Part shown: in pieces, positions 27,775 to 38,315 of the stretch
Numbering within the stretch: the first letter of the stretch is position 1
Layout of the letters: each line of letters begins with the position of its first letter
DNA from: Pirellulales bacterium
GTDB taxonomy: Bacteria > Planctomycetota > Planctomycetia > Pirellulales > PALSA-1355
DNA length: 64,000 nucleotides
NCBI GenBank assembly: GCA_963733035.1
Contig: CAVTBU010000005.1
Span: 1,568,001-1,632,000, forward strand
Direction of reading: 5' to 3'
The notes under the pieces: generated by a model
Seen by the model: only the letters and a program-made list of their open reading frames with translations
What the model was told of the DNA's origin: nothing
Database searches by the model: none
Made by a program: the position numbers and the translations under genes

Positions 27775-29058
27775 ATGCGCCAAGCGACGCGATTGACGCT
27801 CTGTGTAGTCGCCCTGCTCATCGTCTTTGGATCTCTGGCTCAAGCTCAGGGATTGATTCCGCGCACCACGGCAACACGGTACGGTTTGACAAGAGCCTGG
27901 TTTGCGCAGGTTGGGTCGCCGCAGGTGACCGGGCGGCTGGACCACGTCAACTATGACGAGGGGATGTTGCTCGCGCAGTCCAGCCGGGGCGTGATCACCG
28001 CGCTGGATGCGGAGACGGGACAACTATTATGGAGCACACAAATCGGCACTCGGGAGGGCTCCACCACCGAACCGGCCGCGAACGACAAGTTTGTCGTCGT
28101 GCTCAGTGGCTCGACGCTTTACGTCCTTGACCGCAAGGATGGTGGTGTCGTCTGGACCAAGCAGGTGAGCGGAGCACCCGGGGCAGGCCCCGGAGTCACG
28201 GCGACGCATGCGTTCGTACCCATGGTGTCGGGGCTGATTGAGGGATATGACCTGGAAGCTGGCGTCCATCAAACGCCTTGGAACTACCAGTCGACCGGGC
28301 GCGTTTTGATGCCGCCGTTGACGACGCCTTTATCCGTAAGTTGGACGACCGAACATGGCTATTTCTACGTCGCCGACCCATCGGGCGGCGGCATCAAATA
28401 TCGCCTGGAATCGCGGGGAGCAATTCACTCGCGCCCGGCCTCCTGGGCGCCGATGGTCTATGCCACGTCGATCGACGGATTGGTGTACGGGATCAACGAA
28501 GTCAAGGGAGACATCAAGTGGAAATTTTCGGTCGGTGAAGCGATTTACAAAGAACCCGTAGCGCTGTCGGACCGCGTCTACGTCGTTCCAGAATTCGGCG
28601 GCATGTATTGTCTTGACGCGGCGAGTGGCGGACTGGTATGGCACGTACCAGGCATTCAACAGTTCGTAGCGGCCAGCCCTTCACGCGTCTACACGGCGGA
28701 CTCCCTTGGCAATCTGGCGATGCTCGACGTCGAGACAGGCGGTCGTGTCGGCACCATGCCGGTTGATGGCCTGGCCACGAAATTAGTCAATCGCTCGAGC
28801 GATCGGATCTTTGTGTACGACAATTCATGCGTCGTGCAATGCCTGCACGAGGCGCAACTCGCGTCGCCCGCGATGCACACGCCACCGGAACCGGCCGCCG
28901 AGGAACTAAAACTCGGTCCTAAGAAGCCCGCCCAGCCCGAGGCCCCACCGGCCGACGAAGTACCGGCCGACGCAACGCCACCGGAAGAGCCGGCGGCGGA
29001 CGGCGACGACCCGTTCAGCGTGCCCCCTGATGATGGCGGCAATCCGTTCGCACCATGA
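27775..29058 (+). CDS. PQQ-binding-like beta-propeller protein (BamB-like)
   Basis: Signal peptide, repeats ALDAETGQLLW / LDRKDGGVVW / CLDAASGGLVW, and a Pro/acidic tail. Confidence 0.85.
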   Translation: MRQATRLTLCVVALLIVFGSLAQAQGLIPRTTATRYGLTRAWFAQVGSPQVTGRLDHVNYDEGMLLAQSSRGVITALDAETGQLLWSTQIGTREGSTTEPAANDKFVVVLSGSTLYVLDRKDGGVVWTKQVSGAPGAGPGVTATHAFVPMVSGLIEGYDLEAGVHQTPWNYQSTGRVLMPPLTTPLSVSWTTEHGYFYVADPSGGGIKYRLESRGAIHSRPASWAPMVYATSIDGLVYGINEVKGDIKWKFSVGEAIYKEPVALSDRVYVVPEFGGMYCLDAASGGLVWHVPGIQQFVAASPSRVYTADSLGNLAMLDVETGGRVGTMPVDGLATKLVNRSSDRIFVYDNSCVVQCLHEAQLASPAMHTPPEPAAEELKLGPKKPAQPEAPPADEVPADATPPEEPAADGDDPFSVPPDDGGNPFAP

Positions 29059-29216
29059 GCCAAAAGCCGGGACGTGCCCGCTCAGGCGGGAGTTGACTGC
29101 CGGCGGGCAACTTCTTAAACCAAGGGGATGGCACGCGACGAGTGCCGTTCTTCTTGCCGACGACCGTGAACCATCGCCCGCGGGAGTCGGTCTGATTTCC
29201 ATGACTGCGAGCTGCC

Positions 29217-30797
29217 ATGTCTGCACCGATTTCTCCGCCAATCAAGCGAGCCCTGATCAGCGTTAGCGACAAACTGGGGCTGGGTGAGTTTGCCCTGGGA
29301 TTGGCTGCCGCGGGGGTGGAAATCTACAGTACCGGCGGCACGCGCAAGTTTTTAGAGGCCGCCGGAGTTAGAGTCCACGACGTGGCCGAGTATACGGGCT
29401 TCCCGGAAATGCTCGACGGCCGCGTCAAGACGTTGCATCCCAAGATTCACGGCGGGATTCTGGCCCGCCACGATCGCGCGGACGACCTTGCAGCGCTTGC
29501 CGCGCACGGCATCCGGACGTTTGAACTCGTGATCGTGAATCTCTATCCCTTCGAAGCGACCGTGGCCCGCGAAAACGTGGCCTTTGAGGAGGCCGTCGAG
29601 CAGATCGACATCGGCGGTCCGAGTTTGATCCGAGCGGCGGCCAAGAATCATGCGTTCATTACCGTGGCCACCGACACGGCCCAATATGGCGAAATTTTGG
29701 CCCAGGTTGCCGATCGTGGGTGTACCACGCCCGAATTTCGGCGCAAGCTGGCATATGCGGCCATCGCACGGACGGCGCAATACGATCAGGCAATCGCCCA
29801 CTATCTCGCCGGTCAGGTCGAGGGCGAAGTTTTCCCGGAGCGCTGGCCCGTGGATCTGCGCCGCAAGGAAGTCCTGCGGTACGGAGAGAATCCGCATCAG
29901 CGGGCGGCCCTGTATGCCCAAATGCATGCCGGTTGCGGGGCGAATCTGGTCGCGGCACAGCAACTGGCCGGCAAGGAGCTTTCATACAACAACCTGTTGG
30001 ATCTCGACAGCGCGCTGGCGATTGTCCGTTCGCTAAGCGGACCGGGAGTGTCCGTGATCAAACACAACAATCCCTGTGGTGCGGCCGTTCACGAGCAGCT
30101 TTCCACCGCCACGCGGGAGGCACTCGACGGCGACCCGCTCAGTGCGTTTGGTTCGGTGCTGGGATTCAATCGAGCGGTCGACGCGGCCTCGGCTGAAGTG
30201 CTGGCCGAGCCAGGGAGATTTGTCGAAGCGATCGTCGCACCCGATTTCGAGCCGGCTGCGCTTGAAATCCTGACAACGAGGCCGAAATGGAAAGCGAACG
30301 TGCGATTGATGAAAGTCGGACCGCTCGATGACGCCCAGTCCCACTGGCAATTACGGCAAATCGAAGGCGGCGTATTGGTGCAGGAAACCGATACGGCGGC
30401 CGATCCGCAGTCCGAATGGAAAGTTGTAACCAGCGTTCAGCCGCAAGACGATCAGTATGCCGACCTGAGATTCGCCTGGGCAATTTGCCGGCATGTCAAA
30501 TCCAACGCGATTGTGATTGCCAAGGACCGCACACTGTTGGGTACCGGCGCCGGGCAGATGAGCCGCGTCGATTCGGTTGAGATTGCCGTCGAAAAGGGGG
30601 GCGATCGCGGACGCGGCGGCGTTTTGGCCTCGGACGCGTTCTTTCCGTTTCCCGACTCGATCCAGCAGGCCGCCGCGGCTGGGATCTCGGCCATCATTCA
30701 GCCGGGCGGATCGAAGCGCGACGAAGAAGTGATCGCTGCCTGCAACGAACACCGAATTGCCATGGTCTTTACCGGCCGACGCCACTTCAAACACTAA
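29217..30797 (+). CDS. purH: Bifunctional AICAR transformylase/IMP cyclohydrolase
   Basis: RALISVSDK, GRVKTLHPKIHGG, IDIGGP, LRYGENPHQ, KHNNPCG, ASDAFFPF and FTGRRHFKH. Confidence 0.98.
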   Translation: MSAPISPPIKRALISVSDKLGLGEFALGLAAAGVEIYSTGGTRKFLEAAGVRVHDVAEYTGFPEMLDGRVKTLHPKIHGGILARHDRADDLAALAAHGIRTFELVIVNLYPFEATVARENVAFEEAVEQIDIGGPSLIRAAAKNHAFITVATDTAQYGEILAQVADRGCTTPEFRRKLAYAAIARTAQYDQAIAHYLAGQVEGEVFPERWPVDLRRKEVLRYGENPHQRAALYAQMHAGCGANLVAAQQLAGKELSYNNLLDLDSALAIVRSLSGPGVSVIKHNNPCGAAVHEQLSTATREALDGDPLSAFGSVLGFNRAVDAASAEVLAEPGRFVEAIVAPDFEPAALEILTTRPKWKANVRLMKVGPLDDAQSHWQLRQIEGGVLVQETDTAADPQSEWKVVTSVQPQDDQYADLRFAWAICRHVKSNAIVIAKDRTLLGTGAGQMSRVDSVEIAVEKGGDRGRGGVLASDAFFPFPDSIQQAAAAGISAIIQPGGSKRDEEVIAACNEHRIAMVFTGRRHFKH

Positions 30798-31579
30798 TGG
30801 CAAACGTCCTCGACAAAATCGTCGCCACCAAACGCCGCGAAATTGCCGACGCCAAGGCGGCACGCAGCGAGTCGCAAGTGCGGCACGAAGCCGAAGCAGC
30901 GCCGCCAGTTCGCAATTTCTTCGAGACCCTCGCGGCCGGCGGCAAGATCAAGCTCATTGCCGAAGTGAAAAAGGCCAGCCCATCGGCCGGCGTCATTCGG
31001 GCGGACTTCCATCCGGTGGAAATCGCCATGACGTATCAGCAGCACGGCGCGAGTTGCTTGAGCGTGCTCACCGACGAGCACTACTTCCAGGGCAGCCTCG
31101 GCTACTTGCACGACGTTCGCGCAGCAGTCAACTTACCCGTCTTGCGCAAGGACTTCATTCTCGACACGTACCAACTATACGAAGCCCGGGCGGCGGGGGC
31201 CGACGCCGTCCTGCTGATCGCCGAGTGTCTCGACGACTGCAATTTGCGAAAGTTGCATAATGAAGCCGTTTCTCTCGGCATGTCGCCGCTGGTCGAGCTT
31301 TATGAGCCCGAGAATCTGCCACGTGTGTTCGACGCCGGCGCCACGCTGATCGGGGTGAACAATCGAGATTTGCGATCCTTCAAGACCGACTTGGAGCACA
31401 CGTTGCGCTTGCGAGATCAGATTCCAGACGAATGCGTGCTGGTGAGCGAGAGCGGCATCCGCACCAGGGCCGACGTGGAGCGGCTACAGGCGGCAGGGGT
31501 TGATGCCATCCTAGTGGGTGAATCGCTGATGGCCAGTCCGGATATAGGGGCGGCGGTTGATGCGATCTTGGGTCGGTAG
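30797..31579 (+). CDS. trpC: Indole-3-glycerol phosphate synthase
   Basis: IAEVKKASPSAG, LSVLTD, LRKDFI, GVNNRDL and VSESGI. Confidence 0.97.
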   Translation: MANVLDKIVATKRREIADAKAARSESQVRHEAEAAPPVRNFFETLAAGGKIKLIAEVKKASPSAGVIRADFHPVEIAMTYQQHGASCLSVLTDEHYFQGSLGYLHDVRAAVNLPVLRKDFILDTYQLYEARAAGADAVLLIAECLDDCNLRKLHNEAVSLGMSPLVELYEPENLPRVFDAGATLIGVNNRDLRSFKTDLEHTLRLRDQIPDECVLVSESGIRTRADVERLQAAGVDAILVGESLMASPDIGAAVDAILGR

Positions 31580-31710
31580 GCAAGAGGCCGGATGATTTTA
31601 CCCCCGCTGCGTAACCGATAAACACAAAGACGGGACGCACGCGGCGTGTTTGCCTATAATTTCGCGAACGTGGTTCGTGCAATCCGGCGTCATCCGACGA
31701 GCATTTTCGC

Positions 31711-32451
31711 ATGGCTAACAACCTTACCAATATTGCCACGATCTTTCGCAGCATGATTTCTCTTGTGCTGCTCGGATTGCTGGGAACGGGCAGTTGGCTG
31801 GCGTACCAGACATATCACGAGCGAGATCGGCTCGGTCGCGAATTGCAGCAGGCCCGCGCCGCGGTCGAGCAGCTTGAAAAGGAAAACGAGCGTCTGGACG
31901 TCGCGCTGCGGCTCATGAAGGTGGATCATCGCGTGGCCGAGATCGAAGTACTCGACCAACGTCAGAACGGTCCGCGACCCCAAACGACGTTTCAGTTTGT
32001 GGAGCTGGCCGACGACGGCACACCGGTCGGCGAAAAAAAGGTCTTCACACTGGAAGGCGACCGCGTTTACGTCGACGCCTGGGTAATCAAATATAACGAC
32101 GACCTCGTCGAAAAAGGGGATCCGATGCGTTCGACTTCGGTCTGTCTGTTTCGCCGCGTGTTTGGAGAATTCCTGGCGCCCGACAAAGGTTTTCCGCTCG
32201 ACACGAGCGGCTCTCGACCGGCGATCTACAGCCGGGGCGATGAAATGTCGCCTATCGAACGCGACATCTGGGCCAACTTCTGGCAGTACGCCAACAATCC
32301 TGCCAAGGCCCGGCAGGCCGGCGTGCGCGCCGTGCACGGAGAAGCGCCCAGTATGCGATTGGAGCCTGGAAATCGCTATCGCGTCGAACTGCGGGCAAGC
32401 GGCGGCTTGTCGATCGTTCCGGAAGAATCGCCGCAGAAACCGGAAGCGTAG
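31711..32451 (+). CDS. Membrane-anchored hypothetical protein
   Basis: N-terminal TM segment, coiled coil, then a globular domain. Confidence 0.8.
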   Translation: MANNLTNIATIFRSMISLVLLGLLGTGSWLAYQTYHERDRLGRELQQARAAVEQLEKENERLDVALRLMKVDHRVAEIEVLDQRQNGPRPQTTFQFVELADDGTPVGEKKVFTLEGDRVYVDAWVIKYNDDLVEKGDPMRSTSVCLFRRVFGEFLAPDKGFPLDTSGSRPAIYSRGDEMSPIERDIWANFWQYANNPAKARQAGVRAVHGEAPSMRLEPGNRYRVELRASGGLSIVPEESPQKPEA

Positions 32452-32489
32452 CGTTTGCGAATTGCTGCCGGCGGGCGTTTCGACAGCGT

Positions 32490-33603
32490 CTAGTCTGCCA
32501 ACAGCAAACGGCTCAACTTCCTGCCGGTCGTGCTGAGGGGAAGTTCCGCAAGTGCCCGGGGCGCGATCCATTGCCACTGGCTGGTCGGCAGTCGCACGCG
32601 ACTCTTTTCGTACGTTGCACGATAACAATCGAGCGTGATGCGAAATCGTGTCACACCATGTTTGAGCGTCGCAATCCGCGCTGCGGATCCGATGGCTAGC
32701 CCGGCCTGCTGACGCGTTTTTTCCTCCAGTTCGGTCCGCAAGGCCTGACCACGCCGTGCAGTCACGGGAAAGCGCACGAAGTCCCACAAACCGGCCCAGC
32801 GTTCTCCCGGCTGGCGTTGACGAACGAATACTCTACCGCGCCGCCAAACCACGACCGCCGCTTCCCGCACGTCTTCGAAGTTGGTCTTGGTGCGTGGCGC
32901 GGGAATGTCGTCTTGCCGCCCCTGCTGATACGCGACACACAACTCACTTATCGGACACGCGTCGCATGCCGGCGCCTTTGGCGTACAGACCAGACTACCT
33001 AGTTCCATCAATGCCTGGTTGAAGGCTCCGCAACGGCGCTCCGGCACGATTGCCTCGGCCAGTCGCCAAAGTTGCTTCTGCGCAGCGGCCGTCGAAACGT
33101 CGCCGGCATAGCCGAACAGGCGACTTAGCAGGCGAATTGTGTTCGCTTCGAGAATCGGGGCCGGTCGGTCGTAGGCAATCGACATGATCGCGCCGGCCGT
33201 GTAGCGCCCGATCCCGGGAAGCGCGGATGATCTCGAGCGATTCGGGAAATCGACCGCCATGATCCTCGGCAATTTGCCTGGCGGCCGCGTGCAACTGCCG
33301 AGCCCGTCGATAGTAGCCAAGCCCTTCCCAAAGCTGGAGTATCTGGTGTTCGTCGGCCGCGGCCAGGTCGGTTATGCTGGGAAACGTCTCAAGAAACCGC
33401 TCGAAATACGGAATCACGGTCGCCACTTGCGTTTGTTGCAGCATGATCTCGCTGACCCACACCCGATAGGGATCCGCCGATTGCCGCCAGGGTAGCTTGC
33501 GCTGATGCTGACGAAACCAAGGCAATAGTCGACCGGCGAGCGCCCGTTTCCATTCGGACGTCGGCAACTGCGGCGACTGTGTGACTCGAGACGTGCTGGC
33601 CAT
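32490..33603 (-). CDS. mutY: A/G-specific adenine glycosylase (frameshift near 33220)
   Basis: LPWR..DPYRVWVSEIMLQQTQV and WEGLGYYRRA, then in another frame LPGIGRYTAGAI, the Fe-S motif CTPKAPACDACPISELC and a NUDIX-like C-terminus. Confidence 0.93.
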
Positions 33604-33678
33604 CAAAGATTCCGGCGTCCGCTGCGGCAAGATGCAGGGATTCTAGCGCCTTCGCCCTCGGCTGAGTAGACCGAATCG

Positions 33679-34314
33679 GTGTCGTGCAGTACGCTCATAC
33701 GTCGCACACGCACTTTCCCTTGGAACGCCACGCAGAGCATTCAATTGGCCGGCAAGCGACGCAAGCCTAAGTCTCGTCCCCGAACGGATCGATCCGGACC
33801 GGCTAAGCGATCAGCCCCTTTGTCGTCCGGAGGCATTCGCGTCCGGCAACGCGCGGGCGAAGCCGCCTGGGAGTTGGTCTTGCCGCGTTGTGCGCGCGAC
33901 CGCCAGGAAGACCTGGACGAAGTTCGCAAGATGCTCGAAGCCGGCGAGCCCGATGTGGCGCGTGACGAGTGCCTCTGGCTGTTGCAAGGATGTGTCGATT
34001 GCCTCGATGCCCATCGCATCCTCGGCGAAATAGCGCTCGGCGAGAACGATTTGCCGTTGGCCCGCGGGCATTTTGGTTACGCGTTTCGGTTGGGCTCCAA
34101 AGCGATCGAGCAAGCTGGCGATGTCGCCCCCCTGCCCTACCGTCTGGTGGCCAATCAATCCTTTCTGGAAGCGGGCAAAGCTTTGGCCTGGTGTCTGAAA
34201 CAACTCGACAAATCCAAGCTGGCCGCCGAGGTGATCGAACTTGTGCTCCGTTGCGACCCGGACGATCCGCTCGGTGTCCGCAACCTCTCGACCGGCGATC
34301 CCGCAACGGGCTGA
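33679..34314 (+). CDS. Hypothetical helical-repeat (TPR-like) protein
   Basis: AHRILGEIAL...ARGHFGYAF...VLRCDPDDPLG. The true start is probably later (TTG near 33745). Confidence 0.65.
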   Translation: MSCSTLIRRTRTFPWNATQSIQLAGKRRKPKSRPRTDRSGPAKRSAPLSSGGIRVRQRAGEAAWELVLPRCARDRQEDLDEVRKMLEAGEPDVARDECLWLLQGCVDCLDAHRILGEIALGENDLPLARGHFGYAFRLGSKAIEQAGDVAPLPYRLVANQSFLEAGKALAWCLKQLDKSKLAAEVIELVLRCDPDDPLGVRNLSTGDPATG

Positions 34315-34425
34315 GCTGCCCATCGCAGCGGTGTTTGAAGATTCAACACGTTGCCCACGCGCATGGATGCGACGACAACCTGGCACCGAGGCTTTTGTCG
34401 GCGGCCTGGGTTTTTCACCAGACTG

Positions 34426-35469
34426 TCATTTGTCCTGTACGGCCACGATCTTGGTTCCGGGTTCGTAGTGCGGAACCTTGCCGGTGAATTCGACTTTTGC
34501 CGTCTTACGTTCCTCTTCGATGAGTCGGCCGAGCTTTTCCTTGGCGGCGAATTGTCTGATCTGCGGAATGACCTGGGTCCATTGTCGACCGCCGGGCTTG
34601 ACGTCGGTTGCCTTGATCAGATGCGTCCCCAGCGCCGTGGAGACTGGTGCACTGATCTCGCCCGGTTTCAGCTTGAACAGTGCCTCGCCGAATTCCTCGA
34701 GCATTACGCCGTGGCGCGGAATGAACCCGAGATCGCCCCCCTGCTCGCGGCTCGGACCGACGGAATACTTGCGGGCAGCCGAGGCGAAATCGATGCTGCC
34801 GGATTCGATTTCCTCGCGAATCTTTGCAGCTCGTTGCTGAATTTCCCTGGTAGTCTCGTCGTAGCGATTTGGAAGTAGCATGATGTGGCTTGCGCGGATT
34901 TCCGTGCCGTCGAGTTCCTTCTTGTTTGCATTGAAATAGGCCTCTAGATTGTCGGCCAGATCTCGCTCGAGAAAACGTTGCCCGGCAACTCGAAACATCG
35001 CGGAATTGCGCAACGCTTCGATCGTGACGCCTGTCTTCGCGCACATTTCATCGAGCGTCATCCCCTGCTCCTTCGCTTGGGCCTCTTTTTCCGCAAGGAG
35101 CTTTTCGACTTCACCTTCCTTGATCAACGTCGGGTCGCGCGCCAGGGCGTGTTGCGCCAGTCGCTGATCAACGAGCTGCGAAAGTAGCGCCGCCTTTACG
35201 TCTTCAGGACGACTGCCACGTATGCTCCCGGACCTTTGCATATACTGATAAGTCGCCTCGATCTCGGAGACAAAAATCGGTTCGCCGTCGACGGTGGCAG
35301 CCACCGGCGGCAGGGGCCGCGGCTCAGGGGCTGGCTCCGCGGGGGCTTGCTCTGGCGGGGCCGCCGATTCGGGTGCGGGTTCATCTTGCGCTCGAGCGGT
35401 TATCGCGCACACGGCCAGCGCGATTGAAATGACCAGGCAAGTCCAGTGAGTGCGTGGGTTCGTCTTCAT
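34426..35469 (-). CDS. Parvulin-type peptidyl-prolyl isomerase (SurA/PrsA-like)
   Basis: Signal peptide, VAATVDGEPI, IRASHIML, FASAARKYS, GGDLG and GTHLIK. Confidence 0.92.
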   Translation of the reverse strand: MKTNPRTHWTCLVISIALAVCAITARAQDEPAPESAAPPEQAPAEPAPEPRPLPPVAATVDGEPIFVSEIEATYQYMQRSGSIRGSRPEDVKAALLSQLVDQRLAQHALARDPTLIKEGEVEKLLAEKEAQAKEQGMTLDEMCAKTGVTIEALRNSAMFRVAGQRFLERDLADNLEAYFNANKKELDGTEIRASHIMLLPNRYDETTREIQQRAAKIREEIESGSIDFASAARKYSVGPSREQGGDLGFIPRHGVMLEEFGEALFKLKPGEISAPVSTALGTHLIKATDVKPGGRQWTQVIPQIRQFAAKEKLGRLIEEERKTAKVEFTGKVPHYEPGTKIVAVQDK

Positions 35470-35559
35470 GTTCAAAATCTCGATAGGTTCAAATGCATAT
35501 CGGCGAGATTCGTTGGCCGGCGGCCCAGGCCTTGAGGCCTCGCTGACCAATCCGACCAC

Positions 35560-36846
35560 TCATGGAAGAGGCAAGTCTCGGAATTCATATTCGACGGGCA
35601 GTTCCAGCACCATCAACGGCGTGCGATAGACAAACGACATTCCCGCCGGGCCGTCCGGCAAATCGAAGAAATAGTTCAACCCCAATTCGTCCTTGGTGTG
35701 CAAGGTTTGCTCGATTCCGCCCGAGTCGTGACGATTTCCGTCGCCATCCACGAAATAGGCCTCGTTTTCCAACATCCACCCGCGGTGCGATTCAAAGGCC
35801 TCGCTGGGGGCGTCGAAGCGGATGCGAAGACTTGCTTCCCAGATGTCATTGTTGGTACGCACCCGGTCGAGCGTCAACGATGTACCTGCCTTGCGCTGCG
35901 TGGCACCCTGTGGGCGAGCACCGGGTTTGGCCAGCGGAAGTTCGTCAAAGCGAAATTCTTCGAGCGGACCAGGAACCAGCGCGATCAACTTACCGGTCAA
36001 TCGCCGAATGCTCTTCGTGCCGCGCGGCGGAAGCTCCAGGGGGATCTCCAACTCGGCGGCTGAAAAGCCGCCGCGAATCAGGGTCTCGGGCGCGGCCCGC
36101 TCGCTGGCGGTGGCAATCGCTTCGCCAGAATCGCCGACAGCCTCGACTTCGGCCATGGGCTGTAGTATGGAAAACGGCTGCAAGCGCGGCTCCCAGCTCA
36201 CTTCGATAAAGAGCCGCAACCCACCGAGTTCCGGGTTGCGCAGGTCGCGTTGCGCCTCGAACCTCACGGGTTCCAGCCGAAACACGCCGACGTAGTTGGC
36301 ATTGGCCGCGCGCGGCGATGCGCCGGGAGGACGATTGATGACGAACAGGCCGCGCTCGCCGGCAAATCCATACAGGGTAAGACCCGCCTGATCGAGCACG
36401 TTATCCAGCGCTTGCCAAAATGGCGTCTTTTCAAAGTCCACGTCGACCAGCCGCTCGTCGGCCTGCTGTCCGAACGCAGCGCGGTGATCGACGATCGGGT
36501 TTTTGGTTTGTTTGGCAAACTCCTCGAGCACTTCGGCCAACGGCATGTCTTGGCCGTGCAGCGTGATGTGAGTGGGCTCGGCCGCGGCCATCGCCTGGGC
36601 GCGCATCAGGATTTGCCGCACGCGCGTCAGCCGTTGAGCGGCTTCGGCGGACGTGCGGTCGTCAATGGCCGGCAACAGCGGCAAAACATCCGTGCCCAGA
36701 GACTCCAACTCGCGCTCTGCGCTGTCACGCTCGGTTAGTCGCGACGCATCGAGCTGCCGAACGAGCGATTGCACGCGCGCGGCCACGTCCTCGTCGGCCG
36801 CTGGCGGCGCAACGACCAACATCGTGAAAAGCATGAACTGGATCAC
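35560..36846 (-). CDS. Exported hypothetical protein
   Basis: Long ORF directly upstream of the PPIase gene with a hydrophobic N-terminus and an STN-like segment (PLAEVLEEF...TPFWQALD). Start uncertain. Confidence 0.75.
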   Translation of the reverse strand: MIQFMLFTMLVVAPPAADEDVAARVQSLVRQLDASRLTERDSAERELESLGTDVLPLLPAIDDRTSAEAAQRLTRVRQILMRAQAMAAAEPTHITLHGQDMPLAEVLEEFAKQTKNPIVDHRAAFGQQADERLVDVDFEKTPFWQALDNVLDQAGLTLYGFAGERGLFVINRPPGASPRAANANYVGVFRLEPVRFEAQRDLRNPELGGLRLFIEVSWEPRLQPFSILQPMAEVEAVGDSGEAIATASERAAPETLIRGGFSAAELEIPLELPPRGTKSIRRLTGKLIALVPGPLEEFRFDELPLAKPGARPQGATQRKAGTSLTLDRVRTNNDIWEASLRIRFDAPSEAFESHRGWMLENEAYFVDGDGNRHDSGGIEQTLHTKDELGLNYFFDLPDGPAGMSFVYRTPLMVLELPVEYEFRDLPLP

Positions 36847-37189
36847 TCGAACGCCTCGTGATTTCGCGTTGCCGCGTTTCGCCTTGTCTTCTTGCTCATA
36901 ACGATCCACGTAAACGGTTGATACCTTGATTTTATGCCAGACCGCATGACCCTGCGAACCAAAAAGTAGCCTGCCAGGATGTCAAGTCGCGACGCCTGGG
37001 CCAACCGGCCCACCGTAAATGCCGGCTAACTGTCACACGCGCTACTTCATTTATGCCGTGAACGGCCGGTTTCGTGGGCTAGGTTTTAGTAGTCCTGTCT
37101 TGCACCCGACAGCCGGCAACGTCGCCGACGGCGGACTATCCGCACACCACTTCTTCCGATTTCGACGAACCGCAGCGAGACCGCGATCG

Positions 37190-38266
37190 ATGCGCACCTG
37201 GTTGGCAATCTTGATGGCGGCGTTTTGCCTCGGCACGACCGAGGGAAGAGCCGAGCGGCCGCATTGGACCATGCTAGTTGACGTACATGGCCAACCACTC
37301 GAGGGAACTCCCTTGGCCTGGTCCAGAAACCAGGTCGTTTTGCTGGCACGAGACGGCCGCTTGTGGGACTTTGCACCCAGCGAGAGCCGCAACTTCCGCA
37401 AAGTCAGCTCGGTGTTTACCCCTTACTCGGCCGCCGAGATGCAAGCCGAACTGCAGCGGGAGCTGCGTGGCAGGCTGGCCGTGACCGGCACGGGCCACTA
37501 CCTGGTGGCTCACCCTCACGGCCGCGAAGCTTGGGCCCAGCGGTTCGAGGACCTTTATCGGTCGTGCATCCACTACTTTGGCCTGCGGGAAATGCGCGTC
37601 CGTGAACCGTCGTTTCCCTTGGTCGCTATTGTTTGGGATCGCCGCGAGGATTTCGTACGGTATGCCGCCAGCCAAGGAACTCGGGTGAGCGGCAATGTAC
37701 TGGGCTTTTATTCGCCTAAGACCAACCGGGTCATGCTGTACGATCAGGACCACGGCGGGCGCCAGCGAACATTTCTGGAAAACGACGCCACGATCATCCA
37801 CGAAGCCACGCATCAGATGGCCTTCAACACGGGCGTGCACAATCGCTTTTCGCCCACGCCGGTGTGGTTGGCCGAAGGGCTTGGCACGATGTTCGAGGCA
37901 TCGGGCGTCTGGAATTGGCGCGATCACCCCACGCGACGCGAACGCGTGAATCGCGGCCGCCTGGCAGAATTTCGAGCCTGGCAAAAACAGGGTCGAGCGC
38001 AGGGGGACTTCATTCACTTGCTCGGTTCCGACCGCAAGTTCGAAACCAACCCTTCGGCGGCTTATGCCGAGGCCTGGGCCTGGGTCTTCTTTCTCACCGA
38101 GACTTATCCACGGCAGTTTGCCGAATTTGTTCGGCGAGTCGCTGCCCGCGAGGACTTTGAACAGTATCCCACCGCTCGCCGCATCGCCGATTTTGCCGAG
38201 GTGTTCGACACGGATTTGCGAATCCTCGAACGGCACTTCTTGAACTTTATCGCCGGGCTCGATTGA
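37190..38266 (+). CDS. DUF1570-like putative zinc peptidase
   Basis: Signal peptide, IIHEATHQMAFNTG, WLAEGL and AYAEAWA. Confidence 0.82.
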   Translation: MRTWLAILMAAFCLGTTEGRAERPHWTMLVDVHGQPLEGTPLAWSRNQVVLLARDGRLWDFAPSESRNFRKVSSVFTPYSAAEMQAELQRELRGRLAVTGTGHYLVAHPHGREAWAQRFEDLYRSCIHYFGLREMRVREPSFPLVAIVWDRREDFVRYAASQGTRVSGNVLGFYSPKTNRVMLYDQDHGGRQRTFLENDATIIHEATHQMAFNTGVHNRFSPTPVWLAEGLGTMFEASGVWNWRDHPTRRERVNRGRLAEFRAWQKQGRAQGDFIHLLGSDRKFETNPSAAYAEAWAWVFFLTETYPRQFAEFVRRVAAREDFEQYPTARRIADFAEVFDTDLRILERHFLNFIAGLD

Positions 38267-38286
38267 TCGGCGTCGCTTCGCTCCGG

Positions 38287-38306
38287 CCCGCCCTGGAAAG
38301 GGCGGG
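38287..38306. terminator. Hairpin between convergent genes
   Basis: CCCGCCCT-ggaa-AGGGCGGG, with no clear U tract. Confidence 0.4.
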
Positions 38307-38315
38307 GGAAGGTTC

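Noticed and set aside
20532..33603. Programmed frameshifting or phase variation in uup and mutY
   Set aside because: No canonical slippery sites or long repeat tracts. Similar indels occur throughout the window, which favours sequencing error.
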